A DNA stretch of 51,511 nucleotides from NCBI GenBank assembly GCA_002491225.1, contig DKVN01000108.1:5249-56759 (forward strand), read 5' to 3'. Origin of the DNA: Faecalibacterium sp. UBA7177 (GTDB lineage: Bacteria > Bacillota > Clostridia > Oscillospirales > Ruminococcaceae). The position numbers and the translations under genes were made by a program. The notes under the pieces were generated by a model. That model searched no databases. It was not told where the DNA came from and saw only the letters and a program-made list of their open reading frames with translations. Position 1 is the stretch's first letter, and each line of letters starts with the position of its first letter. This document shows, piece by piece, positions 34,184 to 41,877 of this stretch.

Positions 34184-36953
34184 CCGTTAAAAGAGACTTG
34201 AATTGCTCCAACCCCTTCATGTCATACTCGTTTCCTGTCAGTTCATCAATCATGGAAGAAAGCGCTTCCTCGGATTTCTGAATCTGCTCGTCCAATTCCA
34301 AATAAGTGACGACATACTTGTCCGCCAACGCCTGTACCGCCTTTTCCAGTGTGTCAATGATTGCCTCCGGCATGGCACGGAGAGACGCGCACAGCGGAAC
34401 AATCCATTTCAGGCGCAGGAGGTCAAGAACCTGCTCATCACTCAGCCCTTCAATGGTTTCTTTGGTTTTCATGTGGAGCGTATAGGATCTTTCCTTGACA
34501 TCCTTTTTGACGGCTTTTTCTTCTGCCATCAGCTTATCGGCACAGACCATCTTCGCCTCAAAGGACTCTTCCGGGAAGGAATATGCCTCGCGCAGCGTTT
34601 TCATATATGCCGCGACTTTGCCCTTGGCATACGGGGCATTTCCATCTACGGACTCCCAGTTCACTTCCTTATGCTCAAAGATATATTGCAGTTTGGCCGC
34701 CTTTCCGGCTTTAGCATCTATCAATGCAACATATCCCTGCAGGGCAGTAAGTTCCGGAGAAGAAATATCTGCATAGATTTCCGCAAGTTTTGCTGCAAAC
34801 TCTTTAGGTACAAATGCAGTATTGTCATCATTCAGGAACTCGCCGCGATCACCCTCATCAATGGAATCTATGATTTCTGTCAGCTCGGCGGCTATTTCGT
34901 CCAATCTGGATTCTTTTGCCTTGAGTGCTTCATAATCTTCCCGCAGAAGCGTAGTCTGCACCAGATCAAAGGGAATGACATGGCCTACCCAGCCGTTCTG
35001 TACTTCTTCTTCCTTATCGTCTTTCTTTTTGATGACCATATTGGGGTCTACCTGCTTTGTGGCGGCAAAACCTTCCGTCTGGATAATTTCAAGATCGGTG
35101 GAAATCATGTTCCACTTGTCATCCAACAGTTGATAAGCCTGATACTTGTCTATCAGAGGAAGCGGTGCAACACGGACAAAGATATTTTGTGTAATGGTAT
35201 CCTCGGCCTTGGAGACATTCAGGTCCATCATTTTTTCGATCAGTTCGCCATCCAGATATGTATCAAAATCCGCGAACGCCGACTGATGTGCTGCAATGAA
35301 CGCTTGCACATCGGCACTGCCTTCGATGGCTTCTTTTATATTTTTAACTGTCAAAGCTGAATATGGGGTTACATCGGTGGCAAACAGAACACTCCTCAGC
35401 TGTGGGAACGCAGTCCAATACTGTTCCAGAAGATCAATTTCATGGTTGGGAATGCCGCCGAACATGGTGGCGTAAATATCCCAAGTTTCTGTCGCTTCGG
35501 ATGAATCGATATAACGGGGAATGTTCAGATTATATCCATTGCGGCGAATCTCTTCCTTGGAGACCAGCCGGGCAAATTTTTCAATACTTTCAGGACGGGC
35601 AGCAACAGCGTCCACAATCCTCTTGATATCGGATGCCATCAGTTTGTTGGTCTTACCAACTTTGGTGAATCCCTTGGAAGCGTCGATAAAAAGCACATCA
35701 GAAGCTTCGCGTTTTTGCCGTAAAACCATAATGATGGTGGGAATGCCCGTGCCATAGAAAATATTTGCGGGCAGTCCGATAATTGCTTCGATGTTGTTAT
35801 TTTCGATCAGATTTCGGCGCATACGCCCCTCGCCTTCGCCCAGTCCATCAGCACCTCCAACAGCATCACCACGGAACAGGACACCATGAGGGAGGACGAT
35901 GGTCATAATACCATCTGGTTTTACATGGTACAGGTCATGAAGCAGGAAGGCATAGTCCGCTTTTCCTTTTGGTGCCATACCATAGCGATAACGGGGATCG
36001 GTTTCCTTGTGAGACGGGTCCCAGTGCTGTGAATAAGGCGGGTTGGAAACCACAGCATCCAGATACAACGGGTTATATGTCTGCGTGACATCATCGTACA
36101 TAGGCCAGTCCTGCTCCAGCGTATCGCCACAGCGAGTGAAGATATTGGCCGGATTGATGCCGCGCATAACAAGATTCATACGGGTCAGATTGTATGTGTT
36201 TTCTTTTAGCTCCTGCGCATAGTACATGATGCTGTCTTTGTTCTTCAGGTACTTGGCAGTACTCTTGCCGATGGTGATCAAAAGAGAGCCGGAACCGCTC
36301 GTAGGATCATATATTTCGATTTTCTCGCGATCCTTCAAGTGATTTGCGACAATCTCGGACATAAGCTGAGACACTTCATGAGGTGTATAGAACTCACCGG
36401 CCTTCTTTCCGGCATTTGCAGCAAAGTTGCTGATTAGATATTCGTAGATGAAGCCCAAAATATCATAGTCCTGTCTGCCGTCGGTGGGAATATCCTTGAT
36501 CAGCTGAATCAAATCGCGGATAGCTTTTGTCTGATTGCTGGTGCTGTCACCGAGTTTGCTCAGACCAGTTTCCAGTGTATTAAAGATTTTGCTGAACACC
36601 TTTTTCTGCGTATCGCTGATTAAACGATTGAATGCAGAGAGAGCGGTTCTCACATTGTCAACGGTAAAGCTATTTCCCTTATCCAGCCATGTCGAGAAAA
36701 GATTATCATAGGCGATGAAATATCCCAGATGCTGCTGACAATAATCAACAAGTTCCTCGTTGTTTTCATGTACATGTTCCTGGAGGTCAGCTTCTTCATA
36801 TCCGTCCTTTTTTAGAAAATTCACTTCTTTGTCAGAGAGAAACTTATAGAAGATAAAACCGAGAATGTAGTCTTTATATTCGTTAGCCTCAATTTTGGAA
36901 CGCATTTTATTTGCGGATTCCCAGATTTTATTGGCAAGCTGTTGTTTGTTCAT
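34176..36953 (-). CDS. hsdM: Type I R-M methyltransferase subunit with a long C-terminal extension (925 aa)
   Basis: HsdM_N start (LANKIWESANKMRSKIEANEYKDYILGFIFYKFLSD), AdoMet motif (YDPTSGSGSLL), catalytic VVSNPPYS, NLNIPRYID. ATG at 36953 lies 7 nt after AAAGGAG. The track start at 37046 was rejected. Confidence 0.93.
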   Translation of the reverse strand: MNKQQLANKIWESANKMRSKIEANEYKDYILGFIFYKFLSDKEVNFLKKDGYEEADLQEHVHENNEELVDYCQQHLGYFIAYDNLFSTWLDKGNSFTVDNVRTALSAFNRLISDTQKKVFSKIFNTLETGLSKLGDSTSNQTKAIRDLIQLIKDIPTDGRQDYDILGFIYEYLISNFAANAGKKAGEFYTPHEVSQLMSEIVANHLKDREKIEIYDPTSGSGSLLITIGKSTAKYLKNKDSIMYYAQELKENTYNLTRMNLVMRGINPANIFTRCGDTLEQDWPMYDDVTQTYNPLYLDAVVSNPPYSQHWDPSHKETDPRYRYGMAPKGKADYAFLLHDLYHVKPDGIMTIVLPHGVLFRGDAVGGADGLGEGEGRMRRNLIENNNIEAIIGLPANIFYGTGIPTIIMVLRQKREASDVLFIDASKGFTKVGKTNKLMASDIKRIVDAVAARPESIEKFARLVSKEEIRRNGYNLNIPRYIDSSEATETWDIYATMFGGIPNHEIDLLEQYWTAFPQLRSVLFATDVTPYSALTVKNIKEAIEGSADVQAFIAAHQSAFADFDTYLDGELIEKMMDLNVSKAEDTITQNIFVRVAPLPLIDKYQAYQLLDDKWNMISTDLEIIQTEGFAATKQVDPNMVIKKKDDKEEEVQNGWVGHVIPFDLVQTTLLREDYEALKAKESRLDEIAAELTEIIDSIDEGDRGEFLNDDNTAFVPKEFAAKLAEIYADISSPELTALQGYVALIDAKAGKAAKLQYIFEHKEVNWESVDGNAPYAKGKVAAYMKTLREAYSFPEESFEAKMVCADKLMAEEKAVKKDVKERSYTLHMKTKETIEGLSDEQVLDLLRLKWIVPLCASLRAMPEAIIDTLEKAVQALADKYVVTYLELDEQIQKSEEALSSMIDELTGNEYDMKGLEQFKSLLTGE

Positions 36954-37097
36954 GATCACTGCTCCTTTGTAGAATGCTGTCGTAGTCTGTCGAAAAGACG
37001 ATTTAGGAAGCGTTGTAAACCAAGGGGTTAGTACGCCCATTCGCACCCCTGAGGTGGAACCTGCTCCACAATTTCGAGTTGGGGTCGCTGATAATAA

Positions 37098-37922
37098 TTA
37101 CCCGACCAAGGTCCTCACAGCATCCATAATCTGCTCGTAGGTAATATCCTGCGCGTAAGCGAACTGCTTGCGGTATTTATCCCACATGGCGCGGAGTTCC
37201 GGGCTTTCTTCGATGTTGTGCAGTATTCCGGGGACATCTGCGATCTGCTCTGCAGTGCCGCGATGCTTGGCCGTTGCACTCAGCGCCTCAGCAAACACAG
37301 CTTTATCAAATTTCTGTGTTGTGGTCAGTATGTAGGCATCATAAAAATCTCTGGGGCGGGTATTGAACACACCGCGCCGCAGGATGGTTTCCACTTTTTC
37401 CGCCATGACGGTTTCAATGTTATACGCCCACAGTTCGTAGGACTTCTCATCATCAAAAATCTCGGAGAAGTTGTACTGCACCGCGTGAGGCGTGATGGCA
37501 TCGCCGGTGGACACATCAATACTCATCGGAGTCAGCATAGTGTCGAACCGGGCCTTCAGCATGACGCGGTAGCCGCCGTAAATGTCATCCTCTCGGATGG
37601 GCGATATGGTCCCGATTTCAAATACCACGCCGTCGTCAAGAGGAATTGCACAAATCTGCTCCAACGCACTGCGGATCGCATCCGGTGTGAGGGGCAGGTT
37701 TTTCAATGTGGTGTCCAAGTCCATCGTTGCCCGGTTGTCCAGACCGACGATGGCCGCCACCAGCATACCGCCCTTCAAAACAAACTTCTCTTTGTATTCA
37801 GAGGCGGACAAGCGCACCAGCAAACGCTCGAACATATAGTTCTGCAGAATGACCTGTGCCGGAATATTCTTCTGTTTTGCGATGTTGCGGATCTTCGCTT
37901 TCAGACTCATTGCTTTGCTCAC
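37098..37922 (-). CDS. abiEii: AbiEii/AbiGii-family nucleotidyltransferase toxin (DUF1814)
   Basis: SLKAKIRNIAKQKNIPAQVILQNYMFERLLVRLS..FVLKGGMLV..ATMDLD is typical of AbiEii. Its GTG start overlaps the abiEi stop (GTGA). Confidence 0.85.
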   Translation of the reverse strand: MSKAMSLKAKIRNIAKQKNIPAQVILQNYMFERLLVRLSASEYKEKFVLKGGMLVAAIVGLDNRATMDLDTTLKNLPLTPDAIRSALEQICAIPLDDGVVFEIGTISPIREDDIYGGYRVMLKARFDTMLTPMSIDVSTGDAITPHAVQYNFSEIFDDEKSYELWAYNIETVMAEKVETILRRGVFNTRPRDFYDAYILTTTQKFDKAVFAEALSATAKHRGTAEQIADVPGILHNIEESPELRAMWDKYRKQFAYAQDITYEQIMDAVRTLVG

Positions 37923-38512
37923 AGAAGCACCTCCAAATACTGCCGCAGGACATTTGCCACGCGCATTTTCTTCGCATAAGAGTGAAGTTTATTCAAATCC
38001 TTTTTAGGGCTGGCGGCGTAGAGCTTCAAAGCGGCAAGAAATGTTTCCGTACCGACTTTGTTGCGGCTGCGGATCATGTCGCAGATTGTGCGCTCAAGGT
38101 CATACACCGGCACTTCGTTTCCGGCAGGTGTGTTCAGTGTAGTCCGGCCAAGATCAAACAACTCTGGTTTGATGTAATAGACCTTGCACTCGTTCTTGAT
38201 TGCTGCCGATACCGTGTAATCGGACGGCACCGTGATCGTATGCTCAAAGGGTGTCCGATCCGAAATGCCATGAAGGAACAGGGCGGTTTCGTGGGAAAGA
38301 ATGATCTGATTGGAACGCTTGCTGATGGACAACAGCTCATCCTGCATATCGTCAGGAAGAATGTACTGTCCCTGAACGATTCTATGAATTTTATCTTCTC
38401 TGCACAGTTTATAAAGCATAGCTTTAGAGATGCCGTGCGCTATGGCAGTTTTCGTTTCAATGATGCCGCCATGTTCCTGAGCAATGGCGGCAAGCTCGGC
38501 CATGTAATCCAT
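37919..38512 (-). CDS. abiEi: AbiEi-family antitoxin / transcriptional regulator
   Basis: N-terminal wHTH pattern GGIIETKTAIAHGISKAMLYKLCREDKIHRIVQGQYILPDD. ATG at 38512 after GAGGTG. The track start at 38572 was rejected. Confidence 0.8.
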   Translation of the reverse strand: MDYMAELAAIAQEHGGIIETKTAIAHGISKAMLYKLCREDKIHRIVQGQYILPDDMQDELLSISKRSNQIILSHETALFLHGISDRTPFEHTITVPSDYTVSAAIKNECKVYYIKPELFDLGRTTLNTPAGNEVPVYDLERTICDMIRSRNKVGTETFLAALKLYAASPKKDLNKLHSYAKKMRVANVLRQYLEVLL

Positions 38513-38543
38513 TTCGATCACCTCACGATACCAACTCAAAGAT

Positions 38544-38572
38544 ATTATAGACAATTTCGTTGTCAAAGTCAA
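38544..38572 (-). promoter_or_regulatory. Consensus sigma-70 promoter for abiEi-abiEii
   Basis: On the minus strand: TTGACT (38572..38567), 17-nt spacer, TATAAT (38549..38544). It lies ~30 nt upstream of the abiEi ATG. Confidence 0.7.
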
Positions 38573-38628
38573 CAGAGCAAGAAAACTTTTGCTATGAAAC
38601 TAATTACGATTTCGTTATCAAAGTAAAC
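38554..38628 (-). promoter_or_regulatory. Two 20-bp direct repeats (18 of 20 identical), candidate AbiEi operators
   Basis: atttcgttgtcaaagtcaac (38554..38573) and atttcgttatcaaagtaaac (38609..38628) have starts 55 bp apart. The proximal copy covers the -35 box and spacer of the abiE promoter. Confidence 0.6.
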
Positions 38629-38778
38629 ATTATAAGGGCTTGGGATATTCCCAAAATCTCCGAGTGTACGGACACCGGATTTGCTTGCTATTCTCTAAAA
38701 AACTGAATCATCTTCGTTATCACGCGCTCTCGATTTCAAAACCGAGGGTGCTTTTTATTTTCAAAATGGGGGAATTGA

Positions 38779-39117
38779 ATGATGAAAAATCGTACCAGAC
38801 CAGTCCGCATTGAGTTCCGTGTCACCGAGCAGGAACGTCAACTAATCCAGAAAAAGATGGAGCAGCTTGGCACCAAAAACATGGGAGCCTATCTTCGCAA
38901 GATGGCGATTGACGGCTACATCATCAAGGTGGATTACACCGAGCAGAAAAAGCTGGCCGCTGCCGTCAGCAACGCGGCTGCTAACATCAATCACATCTGC
39001 CGCCGTATCAATCAGACCGGGCGATTCTATGCAGACGATGTTGCCGAGCTGAAAGCCAGACAAGCCGAGATCTGGCAGCTGCTGAAACAGAGCCAGAAAG
39101 ATGAAATTCCGCCATAA
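38779..39117 (+). CDS. mobC: MobC-family relaxosome accessory protein
   Basis: RIEFRVTEQERQLIQKKMEQLG..YLRKMAIDGYI and LAAAVSNAAANINHICRRINQTG match the MobC pattern (ribbon-helix-helix plus NxNQ-type helix). Confidence 0.8.
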   Translation: MMKNRTRPVRIEFRVTEQERQLIQKKMEQLGTKNMGAYLRKMAIDGYIIKVDYTEQKKLAAAVSNAAANINHICRRINQTGRFYADDVAELKARQAEIWQLLKQSQKDEIPP

Positions 39118-39119
39118 CG

Positions 39120-39223
39120 GGATTTTCCGTGTGTGGATTTTCCGTCACCGGATTTTCAGACGATGGATAATCTGACACTCCGGAGCGTTCCGTGATTGGA
39201 TTTCTGGACATCGGTTTTTGGAA
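39120..39223 (+). repeat. Iteron-like array with a 15-bp period
   Basis: GGATTTTCCGT at 39120 and 39135. Degenerate copies at 39150 (ggattttcaga), 39165 (ggataatctga), 39198 (ggatttctgga) and 39213 (ggtttttggaa). Followed by the AT-rich tract taataaataagaaataaataaa (39251..39272). Confidence 0.75.
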
Positions 39224-39340
39224 CGGCCACCGGGGATGAAATTCAGTCCCTAATAAATAAGAAATAAATAAACTCTCAAGAGAATCATCCATCAATCCAA
39301 TCAATACCGGATTAGATAGGATGGATGGGATGGAGGCGTT

Positions 39341-39724
39341 ATGAAAAGTTTTTACAAGTTTACTGTGAAAAGCCCGGCGGCTTCTTACATACCGCTGCCA
39401 CGATTTCTGCTGCAGGATGAACAGCTGCGGGGCATCAGCAACGATGCCAAGGTGTTATATGCGCTCCTGCTGGACAGAGCAAGCGTATCCCGGCAAAACG
39501 GATATGTTGAGCCGGATGGGACGATTCGTCTGTACTTTACGCTGGAACAGGCGCAGAAGAAGCTGCACCGCAGCCGACAGTGTGCTACCCGGATTTTCCG
39601 CGAGCTGGAATACAGCGGCCTGATCAATCGAAAGAAGCAAGGGCTTGGCAAACCGGCGGTTATCACGCTGAACTACCCGGCAGACGCCAAGCTCATCACG
39701 AAGGAGGAAACCGATGAAAAGTGA
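39341..39724 (+). CDS. Replication initiator protein A N-terminal domain (RepA_N) protein
   Basis: YIPLPRFLLQDEQLRGISNDAKVLYALLLDRASVSRQNGYVEPDGTIRLYFTLEQAQKKL..TRIFRELEYSGLINRKKQGLGKP is the RepA_N signature. Confidence 0.75.
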   Translation: MKSFYKFTVKSPAASYIPLPRFLLQDEQLRGISNDAKVLYALLLDRASVSRQNGYVEPDGTIRLYFTLEQAQKKLHRSRQCATRIFRELEYSGLINRKKQGLGKPAVITLNYPADAKLITKEETDEK

Positions 39725-40109
39725 AGTTACAAATACGAAATACCCGGCGAATACGCTGCCGCGGCTCACCCCCGGACAAGCCCGAAGTGTCCGAAGACTC
39801 ACCAGCCAATGCTGCAACAACGACAATGGAAACTGCCTTTTGCTGGACGATGGCGATCCCTGCGTCTGTCCGCAGACAATATCCTACAGTCTGATCTGCA
39901 AGCACTTCCGGCGCGGAGTTCTCCCGCTGGAGCCGGAATTGGAGGACGCGATCCTCCGTCCCAAAGGGAACCGCCGCTGCAAGGTCTGCGGTGCATACTT
40001 TATGGCCGGTTCCGGACGAGCTAAATACTGTGCGGAATGTGCCGCCGAAGTACACCGAAAGCAAAAGGCAGCACACGCCCGAAAAAAGAGGTCGGGCGTA
40101 GACAATTAA
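39714..40109 (+). CDS. Cysteine-rich VLP-domain protein
   Basis: CCNNDNGNCLLLDDGDPCVCPQ..LICKHF..VLP..CKVCGAYF..YCAECAAEV matches the Cys_rich_VLP pattern common in clostridial integrative elements. Confidence 0.7.
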   Translation: MKSEVTNTKYPANTLPRLTPGQARSVRRLTSQCCNNDNGNCLLLDDGDPCVCPQTISYSLICKHFRRGVLPLEPELEDAILRPKGNRRCKVCGAYFMAGSGRAKYCAECAAEVHRKQKAAHARKKRSGVDN

Positions 40110-40240
40110 CCCCTCGCAAACCCTTTGTATACAAGGCTTTCCAAAAGCCACTTTTCAAGAGTGCGTGTGTTTTTACTTACCCCCTGAAAAAACCGATTCA
40201 AACCGTCTACGTTTTTTGATTGATGAAAGGAGTCAAAACC

Positions 40241-40450
40241 ATGGAAAACAATAAGATCGAAAGAGTTCCCATTCACCTCAAGCTGGCCCTCACCTCCAAG
40301 GAGGCCGCCGAGTACAGCAACATCGGTATCAACAAGATCGACAGTATGCTCCGCGCTCCCAAGTGCCCCTTCGTCCTGTTCGTTGGTACGAAGAAGCTGG
40401 TCAAGCGCAAGGAGTTTGAGCAGTACATCAGCTCCAAACTGGTGATCTGA
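40241..40450 (+). CDS. xis: Excisionase-type HTH DNA-binding protein
   Basis: 69 aa. LTSKEAAEYSNIGINKIDSML..VGTKKLVKRKEFEQYI (HTH_17/excisionase-like). ATG at 40241 lies 8 nt after GAAAGGAG. Sits immediately upstream of int. Confidence 0.7.
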   Translation: MENNKIERVPIHLKLALTSKEAAEYSNIGINKIDSMLRAPKCPFVLFVGTKKLVKRKEFEQYISSKLVI

Positions 40451-40569
40451 GCGAAAAACGGCGATACGCTACAAGAAGTTTTCAAATTCACCTTGAGAGA
40501 AAGAGCACATTGTGATATACTTAAAGTGTAGTGGTGTGCTCTTTTCTCTCTGGGGAAAGGAGTTCATAC

Positions 40570-41751
40570 ATGGGAAAGAATCTCAAAGGCAGAGAATGCG
40601 GTAAGGGTATCTACCAGAGGAAGGACGGATTGTACAGCGCCCGGTTCGTAGACAGAGCCGGTAAGCGGCACGAGAAATACTTCCAGACGGTTCCCGAAGC
40701 AAGAAACTGGATCGCGGATGCAAAGTATGCGGATGCACACGCGGAGGTTTTTGTCGGCACCGATATTACGGTGGATGAGTGGTTTGATTTCTGGATCGAG
40801 AATATTGTCGGAGATTTGGCTCCCAATACGCTCCGCAACTACCGTGACAGATACAAACACAACATCCAGCCGGTGATCGGCAGGATAAAACTTACGGATG
40901 TGAAACCCATGCACTGCAAAAAGGTATTCATCGAAATGGATGCCGATTATTCCGGCTCCACCATCCGTCAGGCGTACATCACCATGGGGACGATGCTGAA
41001 AGCGGCGAAGATGAACGATCTCATCTCCAAGCATCCCATGGACGGTGTTCGATTTACCAAGCCTGTCCGTGCGGCAAACGACATCAAGTTCCTCACCCGC
41101 GAAGAACAGCGTATCTTTCTGGAAACGGCCAGACGCTCTCATAATTATAACCAATATGCGCTGATCCTCGAAACGGGACTGCGCACCGGCGAGCTGATCG
41201 GCCTGACATGGGATGCCGTTGACTTCGAGAAACGGACGCTGACGGTGAACAAAACGCTGGAGTTCCGGCACGGTACAAAATCGTGGCGGGCGGGGCCTCC
41301 CAAAACGCCCAACAGCTATCGTACCATTCCGCTGACAGACACGGCCTATGGTATTCTCCGTGAAGTGTGGGACAGCCGGGAAGAACGAAAATCTTCTCCT
41401 GTGCTGGAACAGACTTTGGAGTACATGGATCGTCGAAGCGGCAGCATGGCAAAGCTGGTGATGCGTGATCTGGTCTTTATCAACTGGCGCACCGGAGAAC
41501 CGGCAAAGAACAGCTCCTATGACACCCACCTCTACAAGCTCTGCGACGAAGCAGGGATACCCCGCTTTTGTATGCATGCGCTGCGCCACACCTATGCTAC
41601 GCGGGCGATTGAGAGCGGTATGCAGCCCAAGGTGCTGCAAAAGCTGCTGGGACACGGCAGCATCAAAACCACCATGGATCGGTACGTCCATGTGACCACC
41701 GAATCTCTGGACCAAGCGGTACGGCAATTTGAAATGAATGGGGTTATCTGA
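40570..41751 (+). CDS. int: Tyrosine site-specific integrase with an N-terminal arm-binding-type domain
   Basis: N-terminus [26 protein letters not shown]. Catalytic residues in [44 protein letters not shown] at 40570 after GGAAAGGAG. Confidence 0.93.
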   Translation: MGKNLKGRECGKGIYQRKDGLYSARFVDRAGKRHEKYFQTVPEARNWIADAKYADAHAEVFVGTDITVDEWFDFWIENIVGDLAPNTLRNYRDRYKHNIQPVIGRIKLTDVKPMHCKKVFIEMDADYSGSTIRQAYITMGTMLKAAKMNDLISKHPMDGVRFTKPVRAANDIKFLTREEQRIFLETARRSHNYNQYALILETGLRTGELIGLTWDAVDFEKRTLTVNKTLEFRHGTKSWRAGPPKTPNSYRTIPLTDTAYGILREVWDSREERKSSPVLEQTLEYMDRRSGSMAKLVMRDLVFINWRTGEPAKNSSYDTHLYKLCDEAGIPRFCMHALRHTYATRAIESGMQPKVLQKLLGHGSIKTTMDRYVHVTTESLDQAVRQFEMNGVI

Positions 41752-41775
41752 ATGAGAGCCGCGGTTCTGCACCAA

Positions 41776-41797
41776 AATGGCGTAAAAATGGAGTAGA
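41776..41797 (+). repeat. Perfect 22-bp direct repeat, right copy (partner at 28242..28263)
   Basis: aatggcgtaaaaatggagtaga, 25 nt after the int stop. Confidence 0.9.
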
Positions 41798-41861
41798 CAC
41801 CGAAGACCCCAAACCCGGAAACCCTTGAAAATACAGAGAAAACAAAGGAGAATGAAGATAT

Positions 41862-41877
41862 ATGAAATTAGGCATCG
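41862..41877 (+). repeat. Right copy of the putative att core, which is the functional ychF start
   Basis: ATGAAATTAGGCATCG. It differs from the left copy only at a synonymous Gly codon position. Confidence 0.7.

Larger units (their letters stand above)
28097..41877. mobile_element. Integrative (mobilisable-type) defence island inserted in the 5' end of ychF
   Basis: Abrupt drop in GC. Bounded by direct copies of the ychF start, ATGAAATTAGGTATCG (28097..28112) and ATGAAATTAGGCATCG (41862..41877). Carries int, xis, Cys-rich VLP, RepA_N, MobC, AbiE, Type I R-M and two unknown genes. Confidence 0.8.

Noticed and set aside
36954-37046. N-terminal extensions offered by the ORF track: hsdM from 37046, coaBC from 20070, malQ from 46878, the lipoprotein from 48682, alaX/trmB/DUF1113 as parts of 600-900-aa ORFs, abiEi from 38572, and int from 40531.
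   Set aside because: In each case an internal ATG/GTG/TTG preceded by a good AGGAGG-type RBS coincides with the start of the recognisable domain. The upstream residues look like non-coding translation.
39120-39223. Possible CRISPR array, given short regular repeats.
   Set aside because: The period is only 15 bp, there are no unique spacers, the copies are degenerate, and no cas genes are present. The layout is typical of iterons. No CRISPR-like array exists elsewhere in the window.
39008-39304. Minus-strand 98-aa ORF with the repeated peptide ENPVTENPHTENPV between mobC and the RepA_N gene. I considered whether it is a relaxase remnant or a repeat protein.
   Set aside because: The peptide periodicity simply mirrors the 15-bp DNA iterons. 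There is no RBS and no relaxase motif (no HxH or catalytic Tyr context). It is better explained as a non-coding origin region.
40110-40240. The 10-bp palindrome TTGTATACAA (~40128) between the Cys-rich VLP gene and xis, as a possible operator. I also noted its resemblance to gttgtatactgg in the MocR intergenic region.
   Set aside because: It is a single short palindrome with no partner site or clear promoter overlap. The similarity to the MocR region is only a GTATAC core and is likely coincidental.
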